A DNA stretch of 64,000 bases from Carcharhinus amblyrhynchos (taxonomy: Eukaryota). The translations under genes were made by a program, and so were the position numbers. Below, piece by piece: positions 1 to 12,600 of this stretch. Location: contig OZ336878.1 of the NCBI GenBank assembly GCA_965287045.1, forward strand, positions 104,098,001-104,162,000, given 5' to 3'. The notes under the pieces are model-generated. The model did not search any database. It was given only the letters and a program-made list of their open reading frames with translations, and was not told where the DNA came from. The first letter of the stretch is position 1. Each line of letters opens with the position of its first letter.

Positions 1-609
1 CTATTTCATGTGAGCATCATATTATGGAGCTAGTGAAACGCGTTCCTCTACTAAATTAGATCAGTCACATTGTGATCTTAGTATACTTCTTTCGAACTAT
101 ACGGCTAATATCCGTAATTTTACCGGCCTCGATTGTGGGAGCGGGCGAGATTCGGAGAAAGGCATTCTCCTTCGGCCTCAGGCAGGATCGTACGAACTTC
201 GGGCGCACGTGCTGGTAAAGTTCCGCCCCATGTCTACAAAAGTAGTGGCCGCAAAAACTTCTAATGCGCACATTTTCTCTGTCGTAGCGATCAAAGTAAA
301 CTTTTATATCGATTGTGCCTTTCATCTTAAAGTCAGAAATCCAACGGATTTTGTGTGAGAGATGGTAAGAATGAGGTGTGTGCAAACTGAATTAATATAC
401 TTTGGCATGGTACTAATATGGCGAAGTGAAAATTGTCTCCCATGACAACAGCATATCCGGCTGCGGCGCTAACCCGCCGCATTGAATTTTCTGCCCAGCA
501 CCCCACATCCATTAATTTAGAGAATGCCACCCGTATAAAGATTCCAGCGTCCAATAGATTAGAAAATTATCCCGTAAATTACATGAAAATTATGCAAGGT
601 ATGCCATAC

Positions 610-621
610 CTGGTCCCTTTC
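610..621 (-). CDS. 12-nt microexon (GKGP), in duplication copy 1
   Basis: cattccacgatcaatag|GAAAGGGACCAG|gtatgg; AG and GT kept in both copies. Confidence 0.45.
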
Positions 622-3600
622 CTATTGATCGTGGAATGCACATAGAAGAATACATAAGAATTGTGTTAAGAACAATGAAGTGATATGACAGGCATCATTG
701 CTAGATACATTTCTGAAAATATAGTGCCGGTGTACTGATGCGCCTCTCGTAAGTGCTTTCCAGACATGAGCCTCCTGATTATCAGGCCATGGGAGAGTTT
801 TATTGCATACATCTTCGTCTAATCGATATAAAGAGATCAAATCTCATAACTTACGTATGCAGAAATGTAGGAATATACGAATTAGGTGCAGGAGTACGAC
901 AAGTCTGCACTTATACATGGATAATTCAATTAAAATCTCAACTTTACGTTTCGGCGATTGATTCCATTGTTAGCTATCTGTGCGCACCTGCCGTTTAAAA
1001 GTATGGGGTACTTGCATCTCCCTCTCTCTGGTGAAATAATTCTACAGAGAAAAAAATACCTAGCTCCGTTTCAAATGGGTGATAACTTACGCATTTGCTT
1101 CTCCCCCGAGTCCCCGTTTTTCTTCAGAACATTATTTCAGCATTCACTTCGTCAATTCCATTCAGGATAATTTATGTTTCAAAAGGATCATTCCTCATTA
1201 TTCTAAACAAAGATGGATAGAAGCGCAATTTGTCAAATATTATACTTTTATAGCAGGAAATAGTCGGGTGAAATCTCACAGAAGTGTTTCTAGCACAATT
1301 ATTCCTTTTCTTAATTAAGGAGATCAAAACTATCCAGAATGCAACCGATGTGGGTTCCAAATACATTGCTGCAAAGCCAGCTTACTTTTATATTCAATTC
1401 TTATTGCACAACGGTTATCATTCGATTTACCTTGTTCACCCATTTTTGCCCTGCATATTAACTATTGGTGTCCTGCAGGAGAACAATATGTCTTTTTACT
1501 TCAGAGTGGTGTAATCTCGAAGCATTTAGATAATATGCGGAACTTCTCGTCTTCCTACCAAAGTAGAAATGTTAACTTTTCTCACCTTACGTTTTCTGTC
1601 CCACATTTTTACCTTCCGATTGAAACTATCTGTCATCAATTGCAGCGTTGACAACTTGCTTGCGCACTATGTGTCGTCAGAAAAAATGGCATTGATAATG
1701 TGCTTTAATCAACGCAGGTTATAAATAATTGATGCCCCGGCACTGATCACATTGGGACTGCAATCAATGCATAGAGTCAAACATAACTTGACCAGATTAT
1801 GCCTAATCACCGTTTCCTGCTGGCTAACCAATCATGTAACTACGCTAATGTTCATGTCCTCTTACTCTGTACAGAAACATCTGATGCGTCACGACTGATA
1901 AACGCTGGCTACACCCACATCCACAGTTTCCCATTTCTGCACGTTGCTTCCTCCTTCTTCAAGTAATGCTTATAAATTAGTCAAGCACCATTCCTTTTGC
2001 ACAGAAAGACATGGGCTCTGCCTAACTGAATTGAGACTTTCTAAATGCCCAAAAGATGTCAGATCTTTCTAAATGACATATGATATAAGACATGAGGATG
2101 GTCACAAGGAATTTGATCGAACAAGTTGGGGGCGAGGAAGGGAAGAGTAAAACTATTGGAAGTATAATGGTTAATAGGATGCAAAACAGCAGGATAACAC
2201 GTGAGGAGAATATTTCAACAACATCGAATGTCAGGAAAAAAGCTTAAAGGAAGGGGAACTCAGGCGATGTTATTAATGAAGGTGTTAGTATTCAAAAGGA
2301 AGGTACAGAAACTCGCATAAGCGCACTTTATCCGAATGCTCCTAGCTTCCACAAATCATTGCAAACAAGTATGATCTGGTGGCCATTATAGAGACATAAC
2401 AGCAAGTTGGTCATGACCGCGAGTTAAATTTCCAGGGGTATCAGACTATTCGGAAGAAGAGACAGGAAGATAAGGGAGATGGTATAACTCTGATATTTAA
2501 GAACGACATCAGGGTGGTAGTGATAGATGATATAGCTCCTATGGAAGAAAAAAGATGAATCAATTTGGGTGGAAATTAAAAATAGTGAGGAGAAAAAAAT
2601 CACTGATAGGCTAATGTATAGGCCACCAAACATTGTCATCTCGGTGGGACGAAAATAAATAAACAACAGATGCATGTGAAAACGATACAGCAATTATCAT
2701 GGGGGATTTTAATCCACATGTCTATTTGTCAAACCAGGTCAATCAAGGCAGCCTTGAGGGGTTGTTCATAGAATGTATCGTGATACTTATCTTGAACAGT
2801 ATGTAATGGAACCTACGAAGGAGGAATCTATCCTTGATGTGATCCTGTACAATGAGACAGGAATAATTAATGATTTTACAGTTAGGGACCCTCGCAAAAG
2901 AAGCAATCATAGTATGGTTGAATTCAAAATACAGATGGAGCGTGAGGGGGTAAAATCCAATGCCATTGTCTTGTGCTTAAACAAAGGTGACTGCAATGGG
3001 ATGAGGGCGGAGATTGGGATAAGATAGATTGGGAGCAAAACTTTATAGTGGCACAATTGTTGAACAGTGGAGGACTTACAAAACGATTTTTCACATTGCT
3101 CAGCAAAAGTATATGTCAGTTATAGGGAAGAACTGTAGGATAAGAGATAATCAGCCATGGATATCGAAGAAAATAAAGGACGGTATTAATTTGAAAGAAA
3201 ATGCACGCAAAGTGGCAAAGATTAGTGGGAAATAGAGGATTGGGAAAATTTTAGAGGTCAACACAAAGCCAAGAAAATGCTATGAAGGGAAGTAAAATGG
3301 ATTATGAGAGTAAACCAGCTCAGAATATAAAAATCAGATAGCAAATGTTTCTACGAGTGTATAAAACGGTAGAGTGGCCAGAGAAAATACTGGTCTTTTG
3401 GAGGATGTGAAGGGGGAATGTAATAATTGAAAATGAAGAAATGATTCGGGCATTGAACAGACATTTTGTGTCTTCACAGTGGAAGACACAAATAACATGC
3501 CAAAAATTGATGACAAGGTGGCTGTGACAGCTGAGGACCTGGAAGCGATCATTATGTCTACAGAGTAAGTGCTGGGCAAGCTAATGAGGCTATAGCTAGA

Positions 3601-6600
3601 CAAGTTACCTGGCCCTGATGGAAAGCGTCCCAGAGTATTAAAAGAGATGGCGGGGCAAATGGCAAATGCACTAATAGTAATCTATCTACACTTCGAAGGA
3701 CTCTGGTGTGGTTTCCACTGATTAGAATACAGAAAATGTGACGCCACTGTTTCAAAAAGGAACTGGACAATGGTGGATAACTATAGATCGGTTAGCTTAG
3801 CTCTGTAGCAGGGAAAATGCTTGAAACTAACATCGAGGAAGAAATAGCGAGACATCTGGATATAAATTATCCCACTGGAAGACACAACATGGGTTCAGGA
3901 TAGGCAGATTATGTTTGGCTAATTTGGTTAAATTTTCGAGAACTTTACGTGCGCCATTGACAATGGGGAACCTATGGATGTGGTGTATTTGGGTTTCCAG
4001 AAGGCATTTGACAAGGTGCCACACCAAAGGTTGCTGCATAACATAAAGGTGCACAGTGTTGCTGGTAACGTGTTAACATGGATAGAGGACTGGTTGACTA
4101 ACAGAAAGCAAAGAGTGGGGGGGGGGGGGGGGGCAGGGGGGAGGGTGCGGGAGTGGTAAATGTATGCTTTTCTGGTTCACGATCAGTAACGTGTGGCGTG
4201 CCCCAGTGATCAGTGTTGGGACGGCAATTGTTTACAACTTACATAGATGATTTGGAGTTGGGGATTAAGTGTACTGTGTCAAAGTTCGCAGGTAACACGA
4301 AGTTGAATGGCAGAGCAAAGTATGCAGAGGACACTGAAAGTCGGCAAAGAGATGTAGACAGTCTAAATAAGTGGACAAGGATCTGGCAGATGGAGTACAA
4401 ATGTGGTATATGTGACACCATCCATTTTGATAAGAATACCAGCAAAATGGACTAATATTTAAATGGTAAATAACGGTAGCATACTGCTGTGGAGAGCGAC
4501 CCGAGTGTTCTTGTGCACGAATGGCGAAAAGTTGATTTGTAGGTGCAGCAGGTAATTAAGGAGTCAAACCGAATTCTGTCCTTCATTGCCGGAGTTTAAA
4601 AACAGCGAGGTTATGTTGCAGCTGTATAAGGTGCTGGAGAGGCCAGACCTGGAGTACTGTGTACAGCCTTTATCTCCTTACTTGAGAAAGGATATACTGG
4701 CACTGGAAGGGGTGCAGAGCAGATTCACTAGGGTGATTTCAGAGTTGAGAGAGTTGGCTTATGAGTAGAGACTGAGTAGACTGGGACTATACTCATTGGC
4801 ATTCAGAAGAATGTGGGGAGATCTTATAGCAACATATAAGACGACGAAGGGAATAGATTACATAGCAGCACATGAAACTAGAACTAGGGGACGTGGCCTC
4901 AAAATGAGGGGGAGCAGATTTAGGACTCAGTTGGAGAAGAAGTTCTTCATGCAAAGTTGTGAGTCTAAGGAATTCCCTGCCCAGTGAAGCCACTGAGGCT
5001 ACCTCACTGAATGTTTTTAAGACAAGGATAGATAAATTTTTGAACAGTAAAGGAGTTAAGGTTTATGGTTAACATACAAATAAATGGAACTGGGTCCATT
5101 TATTGAATGGTGGAGCATGCTCGATGGGCCAGATGGTCTATTGTTGCTCCTAGTTCTTTTGTTCCAACGAACTGGCTTGTAGATTACTGTTTTCTGTCTT
5201 AATTCCTTCCTTATTTCGGTATATTCCAATCTGATGGGATCCTTCCAGGATCTGGAATATTTCCAGTTGCTATTTCATGTGAGCATCATATTATGAGTTA
5301 GTGAAACGCGTTCCGCTATTAAATTAGATCAGTCACATTGCGATCCGAATATACTTCTTTCGAAGTATATGGCTGATATCCGTAATTTTACCGGCCCCGA
5401 TTGTGGGAGCGGGCGAGATTCGGAGAAAGGCATTCTCCTTCGTCCTCAGGCAGGATCGTACGAACTTCGGGCGCACGTGCTGGTAAAGTTCTGCCCCATG
5501 TCTCCAAAAGTAGCGGCCGCAAAAACTTCTAATGCGCACATTTTCTCTGTCGTAGCAATCAAAGTAAACTTTTATATCGATTGTGCCTTTCATCTCAAAG
5601 TCAGAAATCCAACGGATTTTGTGTGAGAGATGGTAAGAATGAGGTGTGTGCAAACTGAATTAATATACCTTGGCACGGTACTAATATGGCGAAGTGAAAA
5701 TTGTCTCCCATGACAACAGCATATCCGGCTGCGGCGCTAACCCGCCGCATTGAATTTTCTGCCCAGCACCCCACATCCATTAATTTAGAGAATACCACCC
5801 GTATAAAGATTCCAGCGTCCAATAGATTAGAAAATTATCCCTTAAATTACATGAAAATTATGCAAGCTATGCCATACCTGATCCCGTTTCTGTTGATCGT
5901 GGAATGTAGATATAAGAATACGTAAGAATTGTGTTATGAACAATGAAATAATATGACAGGCATCATTGCTAGATACATTTCTGAAAATATAGTGCCGATG
6001 TACTGATGCGCCTCTCGTAAGGTGCTTCCCAGACATGAGCCTCCTGATTATCAGGCCATGGGAGAGTTTTATTGCATACATCTTCGTCTAATCGATATAA
6101 AGAGATCAAATCTCATAACTTATGTGTGCACAAATGTAGGAATGTACGAATTAGGTGCAGGAGTACGACAAGTCTGCGCTGCTATACATGGATAATTCAA
6201 TGAAAACCTCAACTTTACGTTTCGGCGATTGATTCCATTGTTAGCGATCTGTGCGCACCTGCCTTTTAAAAATATGGGGTAATTGCATCTCCCTCTCTCT
6301 GGTGAAATAATTCTACAGAGAAAAAAATACCTAGCTCCGTTTCAAATGGGTGATAACTTACGCATTTGCTGCTCGCCCGAGTCCCCGTTTTTCTTCAGAA
6401 CATTATTTCAGCATTCACTTCGTCAGTTCCATTCAGGATAATTTATGTTTCAAAAGGATCATTCCTCATTATTCTAAACAAAGATGGATAGAAGCGCAAT
6501 TTGTCAAATATTATACTTTTATAGCAGGAAATAGTCGGGTGAAATCTCTCAGAAGTGTTTCTAGCACAATTATTCCTTTTCTTAATTAAGGAGATCAAAA

Positions 6601-9600
6601 CTGTCCAGAATGCAATCGACGTGGGTTTCCAAATACATTGCTGCAAAGCGAGCTTACTTTCATATTGAATTCTCATTGCACAACGGTTATCATTCGATTA
6701 ACCTGGTTCACCCATTTTTGCCCTGCATATTAACTATTGGTGTCCTGCAGGAGAACAATATGTCTTTTTACTTCAGAGTGGTGTAATCTCGACGCATTTT
6801 ATGCGGATCTTCTCGTCTTCCTACCAAAGTAGAAAAGTTAACTTTTCTCACCTTACGTTTTCTGTCCCACATTTTTACCTTCCGATTGAAACTATCTGTC
6901 ATCAATTGCAGCGTTGACAACTTGCTTGCGCACTATGTGTCGTCAGAAAAAATGGCATTGATAATGTGCTTTAATCAACGCAGGTTATAAATAATTGATG
7001 CCCCGGCGCTGATCACATTGGGACTGCAATCAATGCATAGAGTCAAACATAACTTGACCAGATTATGCCTAATCACCGTTTCCTGCTGGCTAACCAATCA
7101 TGTAACTACGCTAATGTTCATGTCCTCTTACTCTGTACAGAAACATCTGATGCGTCAAGACTGATAAACGCTGGCTACACCCACATCCACAGTTTCCCAT
7201 TTCTGCACGTTGCTTCCTCCTTCTTCAAGTAATGCTTATAAATTAGTCAAGCACCATTTCTGTTGCACAGAAAGACATGGGCTCTGCCTAACTGAATTGA
7301 GACTTTCTAAATGCCCAAAAGATGTCAGATCTTTCTAAATGACATATGATATAAGACATGAGGGTGGTCACAAGGAATTTGATCGAACAAGTTGGGGGCG
7401 AGGAAGGGAAGAGTAAAACTATTGGAAGTATAATGGTTAATAGGATGCAAAACAGCAGGATAACACGTGAGGAGAATATTTCAACAACATCGAATGTCAG
7501 GAAAAAAGCTTAAAGGAAGGGGAACTCAGGCGATGTTATTAATGAAGGTGTTAATATTCAAAAGGAAGGTACAGAAACTCGCATAAGCGCACTTTATCCG
7601 AATGCTCCTAGCTTCCACAAATCATTGCAAACAAGTATGATCTGGTGGCCATTATAGAGACATAACAGCAAGTTGGTCATGACCGCGAGTTAAATTTCCA
7701 GGGGTATCAGACTGTTCGGAAGAAGAGACAGGAAGATAAGGGGGATGGTATAGCTCTGATATTTAAGAACGACATCAGGGTGGTAGTGATAGATGATATA
7801 GCTCCTATGGAAGAAAAAAGATGAATCAATTTGGGTGGAAATTAAAAATAGTGAGGAGAAAAAAATCACTGATAGGCTAATGTATAGGCCACCAAACATT
7901 GTCATCTCGGTGGGACGAAAATAAATAAACAACAGATGCATGTGAAAACGATACAGCAACTATCATGGGGGATTTTAATCCACATGTCTATTTGTCAAAC
8001 CAGGTCAATCAAGGCAGCCTTGAGGGGTTGTTCATAGAATGTATCGTGATACTTATCTTGAACAGTATGTAATGGAACCTACGAAGGAGGAATCTATCCT
8101 TGATGTGATCCTGTACAATGAGACAGGAATAATTAATGATTTTACAGTTCGAGATCCTCGCAAAAGAAGCAATCATAGTATGGTTGAATTCAAAATATAG
8201 ATGGAGCGTGAGGGGGTAAAATCCAATGCCATTGTCTTGTGCTTAAACATAGGTGACTGCAATGGGATGAGGGCGGAGATTGGGATAAGATAGATTGGGA
8301 GCAAAACTTTATAGTGGCACAATTGTTGAACAGTGGAGGACTTACAAAACGATTTTTCACAGTGCTCAGCAAAAGTATATGTCAGTTATAGGGAAGAACT
8401 GTAGGAAAAGAGATAATCAGCCATGGATATCGATGAACATAAAGGAAGGTATTAATTTGAAAGAAAATGCACACAATGTGACAAAGATTAGTGGGAAATA
8501 GAGGATTGGGAACATTTTAGAGGTCAACACAAAGTCAAGAAAATGCTATGAAGGGAAGTAAAATGGATTATGAGAGTAAAGCAACTCAGAATATGAAAAT
8601 TAGATAGCAAATGTTTCTACGAGTATATAAAACGATAGAGTGGCCAGAGAAAATACTGGTCTTTTGGAGGATGAGAAGGGGGAATGTAATAATTGAAAAT
8701 GAAGAAATGATCCGGGCATTGAACAGACATTTTGTGTCTTCACAGTGGAAGACACAAATAACATGCCAAAAATTGATGACAAGGTGGCTGTGACAGCTGA
8801 GGACCTGGAAGCGATCATTATGTCTACAGAGTAAGTGCTGGGCAAGCTAATGAGGCTATAGCTAGGCAAGTTACCTGGCCCTGATGGAAAGCGTCCCAGA
8901 GTATTAAAAGAGATGGCGGGGCAAATGGCAAATGCACTAATAGTAATCTATCTACACTTCGAAGGACTCTGGTGTGGTTTCCACTGATTAGAATACAGAA
9001 AATGTGACGCCACTGTTTCAAAAAGGAACTGGACAATGGTGGATAACTATAGATCGGTTAGCTTAGCTCTGTAGCAGGGAAAATGCTTGAAACTAACATC
9101 AAGGAAGAAATAGCGAGACATCTGGATATAAATTATCCCACTGGAAGACACAACATGGGTTCAGGATAGGCAGATCATGTTTGGCTAATTTGGTTAAATT
9201 TTCGAGAACTTTACGTGCGCCATTGACAATGGGGAACCTATGGATGTGGTGTATTTGGGTTTCCAGAAGGCATTTGACAAGGTGCCACACCAAAGGTTGC
9301 TGCATAACATAAAGGTGCACAGTGTTGCTGGTAACGTGTTAACATGGATAGAGGACTGGTTGACTAACAGAAAGCAAAGAGGCGGGGCGGGGGAGGGGGG
9401 AGGGGGGAGGGTGCGGGAGTGGTAAATGTATGCTTTTCTGGTTCACGATCAGTAACGTGTGGCGTGCCCCAGTGATCAGTGTTGGGACGGCAATTGTTTA
9501 CAATTTACATAGATGATTTGGAGTTGGGGATTAAGTGTACTGTGTCAAAGTTCGCAGGTAACACGAAGTTGAATGGCAGAGCAAAGTATGCAGAGGACAC

Positions 9601-12600
9601 TGAAAGTCGGCAAAGAGATGTAGACAGTCTAAATAAGTGGACAAGGATCTGGCAGATGGAGTACAAATGTGGTATATGTGACACCATCCATTTTGATAAG
9701 AATACCAGCAAAATGGACTAATATTTAAATGGTAAATAACGGTAGCATACTGCTGTGGAGAGCGACCCGAGTGTTCTTGTGCACGAATGGCGAAAAGTTG
9801 ATTTGTAGGTGCAGCAGGTAATTAAGGAGTCAAACCGAATTCTGTCCTTCATTGCCGGAGTTTAAAAACAGCGAGGTTATGTTGCAGCTGTATAAGGTGC
9901 TGGAGAGGCCAGACCTGGAGTACTGTGTACAGCCTTTATCTCCTTACTTGAGGAAGGATATACTGGCGCTGGAAGGGGTGCGGAGCAGATTCACTAGGGT
10001 GATTTCAGAGTTGAGAGAGTTGGCTTATGAGTAGAGACTGAGTAGACTGGGACTATACTCATTGGCATTCAGAAGAATGTGGGGAGATCTTATAGCAACA
10101 TATAAGACGACGAAGGGAATAGATTACATAGCAGCACATGAAACTAGAACTAGGGGACGTGGCCTCAAAATGAGGGGGAGCAGATTTAGGACTCAGTTGG
10201 AGAAGAAGTTCTTCATGCAAAGTTGTGAGTCTAAGGAATTCCCTGCCCAGTGAAGCCACTGAGGCTACCTCACTGAATGTTTTTAAGACAAGGATAGATA
10301 AATTTTTGAACAGTAAAGGAGTTAAGGTTTATGGTTAACGTACAAATAAATGGAGCTGGGTCCACGAAAAGATCAGCCATCATCTTGTTGAATGGTGGAG
10401 CATGCTCGATGGGCCAGATGGTCTATTGTTGCTCCTAGGTCCCTTGTTCCAACGAACTGGCTTGTAGATTATTGTTTCTGTCTTAATTCCTCCTTTATGT
10501 CGCTATTGTCCAATCTGATGGGATCCTTCCAGGATCTGGAACATTTGGAATATCAAAAATCAACGCATCTGGTATCTCAGCAGCCAGCGTTTTTGTGGTA
10601 CCAGGATTAACTCCATCAGGTTTGACAGATTTTACTTAACTTTCTCAGTACTGTGTTCATTGCAGCTATAACTGTGCGAATCTCTTCCGTCGCTTTCGCA
10701 TCCCTATTCACACTTATATCTGATATGTTATCTTAATCCTCCAAATGAAGACAGATGCATAATGTGTTACCATTCCCTCCTCAATTTTCTCACTCTTTAT
10801 TATTAATTTCCATAACTCACTTGTTGGAGGGCACACGCTTATTTGAATTATTCTGGCCGTCTTTTGATTCCCGTCGGAGCCTTTGCCACCTGTTTTTGTA
10901 TTCCCAGCCAGATTAGGTGTGTAAATTCTCCTTTGTCATTTTGATTTTATTATTTTTTTGCTGGTTTCGAATTCAGTTCCAGCTTCTGACCTGCCCCTAA
11001 CGTTTGAAGTACATGTCTTTCTTTCAGTCTAATTACCTGTAGATTCCTTCGTTAGCGACAACTGGATTACACTTGTAGAACATTTCGTTCTCACTGAGAT
11101 GTATACCTGCTGAGCGTTATGGAATATGTTCTGAAACATTTGCTACAACATTTGCACTGACCTATGCCTTAAACCAATTTTCCAGTTCATTGTCATTTGC
11201 TTTGTCTTTTTGCCTTGATAATTTTCCGTCTTCAACTTTAAGATGCCAGTCTTAGACACACGTTTCTCTTTCTCAAACAAATGCGAAATTCAATCACATT
11301 ATGAGCCCTGTTGCGAGGTGGTGCCTTTATTATATGGTTATGAGTTCAACCTATCTTGTTGCATATTATCAGATGTAGTTTAACACCTCTTTGGCTGTCT
11401 GCCAAGGAACAGTTATGGAGACACGAGCAATTCATCTTGCAGCCTTCTCCTACCAATATGGTTTGTCTATAAAAAATGAACCATGTTTATCTCTGTACGC
11501 GTTTCAAACACACCTGCCTCAGTATTTATTTCTTTATGCCTCATCCTACTGTTCTGGGGTTCATAAGCTGCTCCCACAAGTGACTTCCTGCATTTAAAAT
11601 ATCTTATGGTTAACCAAACTGCTTTTACATCATTATCTTTTGAACTAATGTTAGCCCTCTCTAATAGAAACATAGAAACACAGAGATAGGAGGAGGAAGA
11701 GGCCATTTGGCCCTTCGAACCTGCTCCACCATTCATTATGATCATGGCTGATCATCCAACTCAATAGCCTAATCCTTTTTTCCCATAATCATTGATCGCA
11801 TTCGCCTCATGTGCTATATCCAGTCGCCTCTTGAATATATTCGATACTTTGGCATCAACTAATTCCTGTGGTAATGAATTCCATTGGCTCACCACTCTTT
11901 GGGTGAAGGAATATCTCCTCATCTCTGTCCAAAATAGTCTACCCCGAATCCTCAGGCTGTGACACCTGATTCTGGACTCCATCACAGTTGGGACTAATCT
12001 CCCTGCATCTATCTTGTCTAGTCTTGTTAGAATTTTATAACTCTCTATGAGATCATAGAATCCCTTCAGTGAGAATCAGGTCTTTTGGCCCATCGAGTCT
12101 GCACCGATTACAATTCCATTCATGTCCCTATCCCTGTAATCGCACATATTTACCCTGCTTGTCCCCATCATGAGATCTCCCCTCATTCGTCTGAACATCA
12201 GCGAAAACAATCCTAACCTAGTAAATCTTCTTCCTACATCAGTCCCACCATCCTGGAATCACCTTGGTAAAACTTTCCTGCACTCCCTTTAGAGCAAGAG
12301 CACCCTTCTTCAGAAAATGAGACCAAAACTGCATGCAGTCGTCTAGGTGTGGCCTCACCAAGGCCCTGTATAATGGATTAGTGCCGCACTTAATTAGTGT
12401 AGCGAGGAATATTTGAACTATCCGAAATTTGCTGTTTAAATCTCTTTTTCGGATAGTTCCCGGTGCAGAAGAATTCCAAAAGGGAACTTTGAATATCTTG
12501 GGAATTGTGGCACGTATTCCTTTAAGTGCTATGACTTGGACCTCGGAAGTTGCAGGCTTATTGTATTGTGACCTCAGAAGCGTCCCGTAGCGTATCTTGA

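Larger units (their letters stand above)
1..10545. repeat. Direct tandem duplication, unit ~5.27 kb (1-5262 and ~5263-10545)
   Basis: Position 1 (ctatttcatgtgagcatcat) recurs at 5270; colinear near-identity throughout; the paired ORFs in the track are almost the same. Confidence 0.95.
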
